Positions 9,685 to 18,499 of a DNA stretch of 64,000 bases are shown one piece after another. Under the pieces are notes generated by a model that saw only the letters and a list, made by a program, of their open reading frames with translations, searched no databases and was not told the DNA's origin. The stretch spans positions 12,215 through 76,214 of the forward strand of contig CAIZQH010000017.1 of assembly GCA_903935095.1 (NCBI GenBank), read 5' to 3'. The stretch comes from an uncultured Flavobacteriales bacterium. Its GTDB lineage: Bacteria; Bacteroidota; Bacteroidia; Flavobacteriales_D; Crocinitomicaceae. How positions within the stretch are numbered: the first letter of the stretch is position 1; the number at the start of each line of letters is the position of its first letter. Both the position numbers and the translations under genes were made by a program.

Positions 9685-10851
9685 TTAGTTTTTTGTATTG
9701 GCATATTTCTGTACATCTTTAGCATCAATCTCTTGTTCGCAAAGAATGACCAAACGTTCAATAATATTTCGTAATTCACGTATATTGCCGGTCCAATCTA
9801 ATTCCTTCAAGGCATTTAATGCACTTTCTGTTAAAACTTTACATGGAATGCCATGGTCTAAGCAGACGAGTTGAATGAAATGGTTAGCTAAAATGGGAAT
9901 GTCTGATCTTCGTTCATTCAATGATGGGACGTGTATTAAAATCACTGCTAGTCGATGAAATAAATCTTCGCGAAATCTTCCTTCAGTAATCTCTTTTCTC
10001 AAGTCCTTGTTCGTTGCGGCTATAACTCGACAATCCACTTTCACATCTTTTTCTCCCCCTACGCGCTGAATCACATTTTCTTGTAAAGCGCGAAGGACTT
10101 TCGCTTGTGCACTCAAAGACATGTCACCTATTTCATCCAAAAATAAGGTTCCGCCTGAAGCCAATTCAAATTTTCCTTTTTTATCTTTAATAGCCGAGGT
10201 GAACGCACCTTTTTCATGTCCAAAAAGTTCGCTTTCAATTAATTCCGAAGGAATTGCGGCGCAATTCACTTCAATATATGGCATTTTTGCTCGGGTGGAT
10301 AATTCATGTAACGAACGAGCTACTAATTCTTTCCCCGTTCCGTTTCCACCTGTAATCAATACACGCGCATCCGAAGGAGCCACTTTCTCAATCATGGCTT
10401 TTATTTCCATAATCTCCGGAGTTTCTCCAATAATGGCACTTCCTTTTATTTTCTTTACCGTCGTTTTAAGGATTTTCGTCTCCTGCACGAGCGAATTTCG
10501 ATCTTTTACATTTCGTAAAATGATGAGAATGCGATTCAGATCCAATGGTTTTTCAATGAAATCAAAGGCTCCGATTTTTATCGCTTGAACCGCTGTTTCG
10601 AGAGAGCCGTGTCCACTAATCATGACAACGGGAACCTCATTTCCTTCCTTTTGAATTTGTTCGAGTAATTCCATTCCATCCAATAAAGGCATTTTAATAT
10701 CGCAAAAAATGACATCCAAAGAATTGGAACGGATCATTTCCAATCCTTCCTTACCATTTTCAGCTTCCAAAACTTGGCAATTTTCGTACTCCAAAATTTC
10801 TTTTAGTGCTCTGCGAATTGCTCGTTCATCATCGACAATAAGAACTTTCAT
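9685..10851 (-). CDS. sigma-54-dependent response regulator (REC + AAA+ activator), no C-terminal HTH
   Basis: 388 aa. REC domain (KVLIVDDE..DVIFCDIKMP); AAA+ Walker A GGNGTGKE; GAFTSA (variant of the GAFTGA sigma-54 contact loop); FLDEIGD Walker B; RFREDLFHRL. The protein ends 25 aa after the NIRELRN motif. Confidence 0.85.
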   Translation of the reverse strand: MKVLIVDDERAIRRALKEILEYENCQVLEAENGKEGLEMIRSNSLDVIFCDIKMPLLDGMELLEQIQKEGNEVPVVMISGHGSLETAVQAIKIGAFDFIEKPLDLNRILIILRNVKDRNSLVQETKILKTTVKKIKGSAIIGETPEIMEIKAMIEKVAPSDARVLITGGNGTGKELVARSLHELSTRAKMPYIEVNCAAIPSELIESELFGHEKGAFTSAIKDKKGKFELASGGTLFLDEIGDMSLSAQAKVLRALQENVIQRVGGEKDVKVDCRVIAATNKDLRKEITEGRFREDLFHRLAVILIHVPSLNERRSDIPILANHFIQLVCLDHGIPCKVLTESALNALKELDWTGNIRELRNIIERLVILCEQEIDAKDVQKYANTKN

Positions 10852-10854
10852 AGG

Positions 10855-11511
10855 TTATTTTTTTACAGTTCGTTCCAACATAGGAACAAATTTAAAGGTG
10901 CCAAATTCTTCTTGAGAAAAGGACGTTTCGCTTAATTTGACAAGCTTGAGCATCTTTTGTTCCTTTCCTTCACCTACTGGTATCACCATAATGCCATCCA
11001 CTTTCAATTGTTTTAATAATTCTTGCGGAATCTCTGGAGCACCGCAGGTGACTAATATTTTATCAAAGGGCGCATTTAAGGTGTTTCCTTTGTACCCATC
11101 TCCAAAGAAAAGTTTTGGGGAATAATTCAAGTGATGAATGACGAATTTAGCCGCTAAATGCAAATCACTGTGTCGTTCAATGGAAAATACCTTTGCGCCG
11201 AGCTCACATAAAATAGATGTTTGAAATCCAGAACCTGTGCCAATCTCTAGAACCTTTTCACCTTTTTGCAAATCCAATAGTTCCGTTTGAAAGGCAACGG
11301 TATAGGGATGAGAAATGGTTTGACCTGATCCAATTTGAAAAGCCATATTGGAATAGGCTTGATCATCGAATGCTAAATCCAAAAAGAAATGCCTTGGAAC
11401 AGCTTCGAAGGCCTCAAGAATGCGTTGGTCTTTAATTCCCATTTCGGAAAGTTCAAAAATCAACTGCTTGCGTTTCCCTTTGTGTTTAAATGTATCTTTT
11501 AAATGCTGCAT
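10855..11511 (-). CDS. pcm: protein-L-isoaspartate O-methyltransferase
   Basis: MQHLKDTFKHKGKRKQL..AVPRHFF..GQTISHPYTVA..VLEIGTGSGFQT..PFDKILVTCGAP. I trimmed the start to the internal ATG at 11511, because the 273-aa track ORF would overlap xth and adds a non-homologous Cys-rich extension. Confidence 0.9.
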   Translation of the reverse strand: MQHLKDTFKHKGKRKQLIFELSEMGIKDQRILEAFEAVPRHFFLDLAFDDQAYSNMAFQIGSGQTISHPYTVAFQTELLDLQKGEKVLEIGTGSGFQTSILCELGAKVFSIERHSDLHLAAKFVIHHLNYSPKLFFGDGYKGNTLNAPFDKILVTCGAPEIPQELLKQLKVDGIMVIPVGEGKEQKMLKLVKLSETSFSQEEFGTFKFVPMLERTVKK

Positions 11512-11519
11512 CCGACGAG

Positions 11520-12278
11520 TTATAATTGTATTCCAACTGGACAATGATCCGAACCAAAAACATCGTTGAGAATGAAAGATTCTTTGACTTGTGGTAAGAA
11601 AGATTGGGATACAAGGAAATAATCGATCCGCCAACCCACATTCTTTTCTCTTGCACCAGCACGGTAACTCCACCAAGAGTATTTAACTTGTTCTGGATTC
11701 AAGACACGAAACGTATCTATCAATCCATTTTGAACAAATAGATTCATGCCATCGATTTCTTCTTGCATGTATCCTGCCGCCTTGTTGTAATTCTCTTTGG
11801 GACGAGCTAAGTCAATCGGTTGATGTGCCACGTTAAAGTCACCACAGACAATAACTGGTTTTTTCGATTCTAATTTTTTTAAGTATGATAGAAAATCTGC
11901 GTCCCAGGTTTGACGATACCCCAATCGGAGCAATTCGCTTCCAGAATTCGGGACATAAACGGAAATCACAAAATAGGAGTCGTATTCCGCGCAGACCACA
12001 CGTCCCTCGGTGTCGTGTTCCGGAATTCCAATGCCATAGGTCACATTTACAGGTTGTGATTTTGAGAAAATCGCAGTCCCTGAATATCCTTTTCGCTCCG
12101 CTGAATTGGCAAATACGTGATATCCGGTTAATCCAACGCACGCATCCTGTACTTGTTCTGGTGTTGCTTTCGTTTCTTGCAAACAAATCACATCTGCATT
12201 GACGCGCTGCATATCGGGAATGAACGTTTTTCCAGCAACTGCTCGGATACCGTTTACATTAAAGGAAATAATTTTCAT
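11520..12278 (-). CDS. xth: exodeoxyribonuclease III
   Basis: 252 aa. MKIISFNVNGIRA..ADVICLQETK..GDFNVAH..WRIDYFLVS..GSDHCPV are classic EEP/ExoIII motifs. Confidence 0.93.
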   Translation of the reverse strand: MKIISFNVNGIRAVAGKTFIPDMQRVNADVICLQETKATPEQVQDACVGLTGYHVFANSAERKGYSGTAIFSKSQPVNVTYGIGIPEHDTEGRVVCAEYDSYFVISVYVPNSGSELLRLGYRQTWDADFLSYLKKLESKKPVIVCGDFNVAHQPIDLARPKENYNKAAGYMQEEIDGMNLFVQNGLIDTFRVLNPEQVKYSWWSYRAGAREKNVGWRIDYFLVSQSFLPQVKESFILNDVFGSDHCPVGIQL

Positions 12279-12327
12279 GGGTCGATTTGATTAAAAAATA
12301 CATCGCAGGACGAAGATTCAAATTTAA

Positions 12328-13323
12328 TCAGAATTTAAGCTGAAAAAACAGAAATTGATAAGGTTCGAACGCTTTTTTTTCAGAATGAAAGCAACGGAAT
12401 TCTGTTCCAATGTTCATGACATCACTTAGTGCATAATTTACACCAAGACTTTCTGATGCTAATTTCTCCATTGAAAGCTGTAAGCTACTTGGATCACTGA
12501 AATATTCGAGGCGTCCATAGATCTTTGTTTTAACCTTCACTGAACAGGACAATTGCGCATTTATTTGTCCCCAATTTCGTGAGAAATTCATTCCTTGAGT
12601 TCCGATAAAAGCACAGGACTGAATGATCCATTTTCCAAATGAATACTGCACATTCCACTCACTCAGCATCCGCGTCTGCAGTTCTTTTACAAGCAAAGGC
12701 TTTTCCCTACCAACATAAGTTGACCAATTTAGCTTCACATTGCCTTTTTTAAATTCCACTAATGAACCAAAAGAAGGCGAAAGCTGACTGTAATCCATCT
12801 TTTGCCAACCATTCGTAGCAAACAAGGACAAACTCCAAGATGAATTGATGGTGCGATTATACTTCAATCCACTGATGTAATAGGGTACGTATTCTGGCGC
12901 CAAACTTCTAGAATAGCTAATTTGATCAACGCTTTTTGGTGTTTCTTGCGTGTAAGGCGAACTGAAGACTCCAGCGGCAATGCTTGATTTGTTGAATTTA
13001 CGTTGAACATATGCTTCGTAAATCCAACGCTTATACCATTTCTCCGCAGCATAATTTTGCTGCATGTAGGTCCCATATGCCGGCGATAAGGCATATTTCC
13101 ACTTGGAATTCTCCCACGTAAATTCCATGACATTCAAATTGATTTGAAATGTATTCAAATTAGAGGAGGAAACCAGATAGGGTATTTTTCCAATTTCATT
13201 CGTTTTTCCCAGTGTGGAATACCCATCAATCAATCCATGTAATTGAAAACGCAAAGTGTCTTTTTCTGCAGAATATCCGTTAAAAAAAAATGCAAATGAT
13301 CCGATGAAAAATAAAAACTTCAT
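12328..13323 (-). CDS. putative outer-membrane beta-barrel (porin-like) protein
   Basis: 331 aa with a signal peptide (MKFLFFIGSFAFFFNGYSA). It has an alternating aromatic/hydrophilic pattern and a C-terminal ..FFQLKF ending in Phe, as in OMPs. Confidence 0.4.
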   Translation of the reverse strand: MKFLFFIGSFAFFFNGYSAEKDTLRFQLHGLIDGYSTLGKTNEIGKIPYLVSSSNLNTFQINLNVMEFTWENSKWKYALSPAYGTYMQQNYAAEKWYKRWIYEAYVQRKFNKSSIAAGVFSSPYTQETPKSVDQISYSRSLAPEYVPYYISGLKYNRTINSSWSLSLFATNGWQKMDYSQLSPSFGSLVEFKKGNVKLNWSTYVGREKPLLVKELQTRMLSEWNVQYSFGKWIIQSCAFIGTQGMNFSRNWGQINAQLSCSVKVKTKIYGRLEYFSDPSSLQLSMEKLASESLGVNYALSDVMNIGTEFRCFHSEKKAFEPYQFLFFQLKF

Positions 13324-13324
13324 G

Positions 13325-14068
13325 TTATTGATGAATTAAGTCTCCAGTACCGTAACGGATTTTTTGAATCACCGATGGCAATCCTTGATACATAACGTTT
13401 CCTGAACCAGACAATTCAGCTTTTATTTTGACGTTCTGTGCATCCAAGAACGATGTTCCGTTGGAAGCATACATCACCGAAATGGAATCAATCACCTTCA
13501 AGTCCCGCGTATCAAAAGTTCCATAACCGTCGATATCCAAACACAAGAATTGACAAATTCCGTCAATGGCGATGCTTGAGAACCCATGTGGATTCAGCAC
13601 ATTGATGGTATTTGCGTGAACCCGAAGATCTAAGTCCCCTGCTCCGTCATTCATCATTATATACAGATAATCCGCTTGAATGGTATCACTAGAAACCAAT
13701 AATTCAGAACCCCAATAGATCAATTTCGCGAGGGATTTAAAGTGAATGGTAACTTTAACATCTCCCGTTTTGTAACGCAAGTAGGCGCATTTGTTTTGAT
13801 TCCAAATCTCTAATTTGCCATTTACAATGGACCAATCAATAAAATTTTGCAGGTTTTCCCCAGCTTCAATTTCTAAAAATTCCAACGAATCTTGAACCAA
13901 TACAATATTTAAACGCTGATGCAACTCTAACGTTTGAAATGACGCTAAGGGAATATTCTTCGTAACCACCTTGCCGGTACCTTTCCAACACGATCGATTT
14001 TCAGGTTTTTTACAAGACATGATTTGTAAAAACAGCAAAAACAAGAAACCGATTTTCAGCAACTTCAT
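13325..14068 (-). CDS. lipoprotein with head GIN (DUF2807-like) domain
   Basis: 247 aa. Lipobox LQIMSC. The C-terminal ..AELSGSGNVMYQGLPSVIQKIRYGTGDLI resembles the repeated GSG-x-I/V pattern of DUF2807. Confidence 0.55.
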   Translation of the reverse strand: MKLLKIGFLFLLFLQIMSCKKPENRSCWKGTGKVVTKNIPLASFQTLELHQRLNIVLVQDSLEFLEIEAGENLQNFIDWSIVNGKLEIWNQNKCAYLRYKTGDVKVTIHFKSLAKLIYWGSELLVSSDTIQADYLYIMMNDGAGDLDLRVHANTINVLNPHGFSSIAIDGICQFLCLDIDGYGTFDTRDLKVIDSISVMYASNGTSFLDAQNVKIKAELSGSGNVMYQGLPSVIQKIRYGTGDLIHQ

Positions 14069-15147
14069 TTCTTGCGTTTATTAAAGTGATACGTGAGTCC
14101 ACATTCCAAATAATCTGCTTTCGCATAATGTGTTTTCAATCCAAAAAATGCACTCATGGATTTTGACACATAATAGCGACAACCCAAACGAATGTACAGT
14201 GGTCCGTCCGCTCGGTAACGATCCCGAAAATAGACACCAAATCCATACACGAAATTGAAACGATTTAAGGGAAGTAAATATGCTGTAGAAATTCCAATTT
14301 GAAGTATGTCCATCTGAGATTTTGCAACCATTGGCTCGTAGTTCATAAGTGCCTGTTTTGAAATAACATCTAAATTCAACTCTAATCCTGCTTTCGGACT
14401 AAAATAATTGCGAAGTGAAAGAGACCCAGCATAAACTGGATATTTTTTTCCACCAATGGGCATCGTTTCTTTGAAAGAAAGCATGCCACTTACACTTGCT
14501 TGCCAATGCTTGTAAGTAAAGTAGGTTTCCTGTGGCTTTTGCTTGACTCTGTATATTTTTTCCAGTAGAAAATGTTGAAATCCAATGGACACATAGGGTA
14601 AATTTATTCCCAAATTAGGGACTTTGAACGCTCCATTACTAAAATGAGTCATGTCCAACGCTAAAGTGATTGCCGATTGTTTAAACGCGAAGGTCTGCTT
14701 CAATGCAAAACACATCATGGCATTTAATCGGGAGCCGATTGCCACATTTTTCGGATTGGAAATAGGATCATATGGACGATTGGTGTATCCGAGTCCCGTT
14801 CCAAACTTCCAGTCCATGCGGTAGTTCTTGTATTTTACTAAGGGCATTTCAGCGAATCCATAGAGTCCAACATAGCGTCCAAGAATATCATTGTTTCCAA
14901 CCGAGCCCATGAATAAGGTCCCGCCGATAACAGGTTGACGATAGTACGAATGCCAAGATTGTCCACCGTTTAATTTCTGAACAAAGGATACTTCTGTAGC
15001 CACGGCCAAAGTTTGAGCCAGGTGTGCCATTCCAGCATGATGAGCCGCTAAGAATCCAACTTTCTCTCGGACTTCAAATCCCGATTGAGCAAAGCTGAAG
15101 TTGCTTAGAAAGATACAAATGTAAAAAAGTAGGCCGCTTTTTTTCAT
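14065..15147 (-). CDS. acyloxyacyl hydrolase / lipid A deacylase (PagL-like) outer-membrane protein
   Basis: 360 aa with a signal peptide. GFLAAHHAGMAHL near the N-terminus and a beta-barrel-like sequence resemble Bacteroidota proteins annotated as acyloxyacyl hydrolase. This is from recall only. Confidence 0.4.
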   Translation of the reverse strand: MKKSGLLFYICIFLSNFSFAQSGFEVREKVGFLAAHHAGMAHLAQTLAVATEVSFVQKLNGGQSWHSYYRQPVIGGTLFMGSVGNNDILGRYVGLYGFAEMPLVKYKNYRMDWKFGTGLGYTNRPYDPISNPKNVAIGSRLNAMMCFALKQTFAFKQSAITLALDMTHFSNGAFKVPNLGINLPYVSIGFQHFLLEKIYRVKQKPQETYFTYKHWQASVSGMLSFKETMPIGGKKYPVYAGSLSLRNYFSPKAGLELNLDVISKQALMNYEPMVAKSQMDILQIGISTAYLLPLNRFNFVYGFGVYFRDRYRADGPLYIRLGCRYYVSKSMSAFFGLKTHYAKADYLECGLTYHFNKRKK

Positions 15148-15198
15148 AAACCAAAATTAATGAATTAATGGATGGCAGAATAACTTTAACTTTGCTTT

Positions 15199-15972
15199 AT
15201 GGATTCTAGACTTGCAGCGTTTGAACGCTTATTGAACATTATGGATGACTTAAGGGAAAAATGTCCTTGGGATCAAAAACAGACTTTCGAAACATTGCGG
15301 AATTTAACGATAGAAGAAACCTACGAGTTAACCGATGCCATAACGAAAAATGACCTGAAGGAAATCGAAGGAGAAATCGGGGATCTTTTTCTTCACCTCG
15401 TGTTTTATTGCAAATTAGGAGCTGAACAAGGTCAATTTGATGTGACTTCGGTATTGAACGCCATTTGTGAAAAGTTGATTTACCGTCACCCACACATCTA
15501 TGGTGATGTGACCGTTTCAGGCGAAGAGGAAGTCAAGGCAAACTGGGAGAAACTCAAACTCAAAGCTGGAAAAAAATCTGTTTTAGAAGGTGTTCCATCC
15601 TCATTGCCGGCACTTGTTAAAGCGACGCGCATTCAAGAAAAGGCTAAAGGCATTGGCTTTGAATGGGAACACCGTCAAGATGTTTGGAAAAAGGTGGAAG
15701 AAGAAATGTCAGAACTTCAAGTGGAGGTGGAAGCAAACTCGAATCACATCGAAGAAGAATTTGGAGATGTCCTGTTCTCTCTCGTAAACTATGCACGATT
15801 CATTGGTGTTTCTCCTGAAAATGCGCTGGCACAAACCAATCAAAAATTCATTCAACGCTTTCAATTGATGGAAAACTTGATTCAAGAGGAAGGAATGGAC
15901 ATTCGAAATATGAACTTAAACCAATTGGATACGTTTTGGGATCAAGCAAAACTTAAATTGAAAAAACCATGA
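15199..15972 (+). CDS. mazG: nucleoside triphosphate pyrophosphohydrolase MazG
   Basis: 257 aa. Two MazG repeats: CPWDQKQTFETLRNLTIEETYELTDAI..EIGDLFLHL and EELGDVLFSLVNYARF-like EEFGDVLFSLVNYARFIG. Confidence 0.9.
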   Translation: MDSRLAAFERLLNIMDDLREKCPWDQKQTFETLRNLTIEETYELTDAITKNDLKEIEGEIGDLFLHLVFYCKLGAEQGQFDVTSVLNAICEKLIYRHPHIYGDVTVSGEEEVKANWEKLKLKAGKKSVLEGVPSSLPALVKATRIQEKAKGIGFEWEHRQDVWKKVEEEMSELQVEVEANSNHIEEEFGDVLFSLVNYARFIGVSPENALAQTNQKFIQRFQLMENLIQEEGMDIRNMNLNQLDTFWDQAKLKLKKP

Positions 15973-16475
15973 ATCAACTAGATTTTCAACTGTTAGAAAC
16001 AGTCATATTACTTGCAGTATCTCTATTCATTAAGGTATTAGCCACAAAATCTGTTAATCGTTTTTTGATGCAATTCGACTTCGATATCAAACGAAAACGA
16101 ATTACCGTGCGCATTATAAACTTGTTCCTTTGGATTTTCATAGCCATTGTTTTGGCGGGGATTTGGAACATCAACAAGGAAGGACTTGTCGTATTCATTA
16201 CTTCCATAATTACGGTAATGGGCGTTGCTTTTTTTGCTCAATGGTCTATACTTTCGAATATTACAGCAAGTTTGATTCTATTTTTTAACCATCCGATGAA
16301 AATTGGTGAAACAATTTGCATTTTGGACAAAGAGTACGACATCGAAGGCGAATTAATGGACATCAGCTTTTTCTTCATGTACATTAAGACGAAAGAAGAT
16401 CATTTGATCACCATTCCGACTTCGGTGGTGCTGTCAAAAACGATTGTGCGAAAGAAATCACAAGCGAATGGATAA
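15969..16475 (+). CDS. small mechanosensitive (MscS-like) ion channel family protein
   Basis: 168 aa. Three TM helices are followed by NHPMKIGETICILDKEYDIEGELMDISFFFMYIKTKEDHLITIPTSVVL, an MscS beta-domain pattern. Confidence 0.65.
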   Translation: MNQLDFQLLETVILLAVSLFIKVLATKSVNRFLMQFDFDIKRKRITVRIINLFLWIFIAIVLAGIWNINKEGLVVFITSIITVMGVAFFAQWSILSNITASLILFFNHPMKIGETICILDKEYDIEGELMDISFFFMYIKTKEDHLITIPTSVVLSKTIVRKKSQANG

Positions 16476-16760
16476 CTCAAGTTGTCCTCCTAAACCAAGT
16501 TCCACAATTTTTTTTAATGTCGAAAAACGCACCTCTTTCATGTCGTTCTCTAGTTTTGAAATATAGGATTTTGTGGTACCCACTTTGGTGGCCAATTGTT
16601 CTTGAGTCATCCCTTTCTCTAATCTTGCACTTTGTATCATTGCTCCCAAACGAAATTCTTGATAGCCTTTTTCCAAGACATCGCGTGCTTCTGAACCTTT
16701 AGGGCCATAATGCTTGTCTTTGAACTGATCTAAAGTCAGTACTTTACCTGTTTTTTTCAT
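16458..16760 (-). CDS. XRE-family HTH protein, putative antitoxin (HigA-like)
   Basis: 100 aa. HTH_3-like MTQEQLATKVGTTKSYISKLEND. It lies downstream of the Gp49/RelE-like gene and overlaps it by 17 nt. Confidence 0.75.
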   Translation of the reverse strand: MKKTGKVLTLDQFKDKHYGPKGSEARDVLEKGYQEFRLGAMIQSARLEKGMTQEQLATKVGTTKSYISKLENDMKEVRFSTLKKIVELGLGGQLELSIRL

Positions 16761-17094
16761 AGTCTTTTTTTAACTGAATGGCACGTATTATTTCTCTTCG
16801 TGGTAGTTTTTGTGTTTTCTTTTGAAAGGCATTGATGAGCACAATCAATTGACCATCATCGAAAAAACTAAATATGCGAAAAATATCTCCTCCATATTGA
16901 ACGCGTATTTCATACAAACCATCAGTTCCGTGAATATGCTTGAGGTATTGGGATGGTATCACTGGTAACTCTTGTAGCAACTCGAGGGTCCAAATGATTT
17001 TCTCCTTTACTTTAGGCTTCTGCTGAACAAAAAAATCTTCAAAATACGATTCAAAAAAGAGGATATCTCTTAACTTTTCTCCCACTTTCTCCAT
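16744..17094 (-). CDS. type II toxin, RelE/ParE superfamily (phage Gp49/HigB-like)
   Basis: MEKVGEKLRDILFFESYFEDFF..LKHIHGTDGLYEIRVQYGGDIFRIFSFFDDGQLIVLINAFQKKTQKLPRREI is the typical Gp49-family pattern. I set the start at the ATG at 17094; the track start at 17106 is a TTG. Confidence 0.7.
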   Translation of the reverse strand: MEKVGEKLRDILFFESYFEDFFVQQKPKVKEKIIWTLELLQELPVIPSQYLKHIHGTDGLYEIRVQYGGDIFRIFSFFDDGQLIVLINAFQKKTQKLPRREIIRAIQLKKDYEKNR

Positions 17095-17212
17095 ACAAAA
17101 ATACAATTAGTTTCACTTTAGTACAACTTTTTACGTATTTTTTTTTCATGTTCGATTTTTTAAGATCAAACGAATAACGTAGAAATGGGGATTTATTGTG
17201 TTCAGCCCTAAC

Positions 17213-18475
17213 TTATGCGGGGAAACAGAGGAAATATTTTTCCACTGGCTGAGCCAATGCAGAAATATTCAAATTATCAGAGGCTTTGGTTAAATCGATA
17301 ATGTCCCCATTTTTCATTAACAGATGAATGTTCTGCTTGTCTTGGTTATAGGCTTTATTTGTCAAGATATCTGAATAAACAAAATAGCCAACTTCTTCAT
17401 TCGTCAATTGATACGCATCTTGTACACGTTTGCGTTCAGTTGCAATGCGTTCTTCACTGAATGGCTCCTTCGAAATGACGATTTTAAATAGTTTTCGATT
17501 CACCAAACATTTAGATAATTGGGATAAAATGATATCCGGATGACTTTGCCATACTTTAATTGCAGACCAAATGTCATAATCGTCTAATTGTGCAAAGTTT
17601 TCAAGTACCTCTTTTCGTTGATGAAAGTCATTTTCCGTAATGTCTTGCGTCATAAAAAAGGATAAGGCAGGACTCGCAAAAATGCTTTCTCCTTGCTTGA
17701 CCAAGTATTTTGCACGGCGCAAGGCATGTATCAACATAAACTCAGCCGCAACAACCGTTTTATGAAGGTATACTTGCCAGTACATCAAGCGACGAGCTAC
17801 AATGAATTTTTCAATCGAATAAATTCCTTTTTCCTCAAGAACCAATTGTCCATCGCGTACATTCAACATTTCGATCAATCGTTCAGAACCAATGATTCCT
17901 TCACTTACACCAGAATAAAAACTATCGCGGTTCAAGTAATCGAGTCGATCCATGTCGAGTTGACTAGAGACCAACTGATGTAAAAATGGTTTATGGTATT
18001 TATTTTGAAAAATGAGTAGGGCCATATCAAGCTGGCCATCAAATTCCTTGGACAAATCTTCTATAAAAAAGGAGGAAATCTCTTCATGACTTACACCGCA
18101 AACGATGTCGTATTCAAGCGCATGGCTAAATGGACCATGACCAATATCGTGCAATAAAATCGCCAAACAAACTGCGCGTTCTTCTTCCACCGTTATTTCA
18201 TGTCCCTTTCTTCGAATGGTTGCTACCGCCTCGCTCATGAGATGCATGGCGCCCAAAACATGATGGAAACGTGTGTGATTTGCTCCAGGGTAAACAAGGT
18301 GACTCAAGCCCAATTGCATGATTCGACGAAGTCGCTGCATATGAGGATGTTCCAAAATATCGAAAATTATTTCGTCCGGAATTGTAATAAAACCATAGAC
18401 CGGGTCGTTAATAATTTTCTTCTTGTTGTTTAGCTGTTGATTCGGTTGCAATTGAGTACCTTTAATTAAATTCAT
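17213..18475 (-). CDS. HD-domain phosphohydrolase (dNTP triphosphohydrolase/SAMHD1-like)
   Basis: 420 aa. NDPVYGFITI..RLRRIMQLG..NHTRFHHVLGAMHL..LLHDIGHGPFSH..DMDRLDYLNRDSFYSGV. Confidence 0.8.
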   Translation of the reverse strand: MNLIKGTQLQPNQQLNNKKKIINDPVYGFITIPDEIIFDILEHPHMQRLRRIMQLGLSHLVYPGANHTRFHHVLGAMHLMSEAVATIRRKGHEITVEEERAVCLAILLHDIGHGPFSHALEYDIVCGVSHEEISSFFIEDLSKEFDGQLDMALLIFQNKYHKPFLHQLVSSQLDMDRLDYLNRDSFYSGVSEGIIGSERLIEMLNVRDGQLVLEEKGIYSIEKFIVARRLMYWQVYLHKTVVAAEFMLIHALRRAKYLVKQGESIFASPALSFFMTQDITENDFHQRKEVLENFAQLDDYDIWSAIKVWQSHPDIILSQLSKCLVNRKLFKIVISKEPFSEERIATERKRVQDAYQLTNEEVGYFVYSDILTNKAYNQDKQNIHLLMKNGDIIDLTKASDNLNISALAQPVEKYFLCFPA

Positions 18476-18499
18476 TCAAAACTATTAAAAATAAGGCAT

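Noticed and set aside
11512-11676. 55-codon N-terminal extension of the pcm ORF (the track starts it at 11676).
   Set aside because: The extension is Cys/Trp-rich, has no Pcm counterpart and would overlap the 3' end of xth by more than 150 nt. The internal ATG at 11511 gives a normal-length Pcm.
17096-17103. TATTTTTG -7-like box (minus strand) next to the toxin gene.
   Set aside because: It lies 1 nt from the ATG at 17094, so a transcript started from it would begin inside the coding region. It is probably a chance match in AT-rich sequence.
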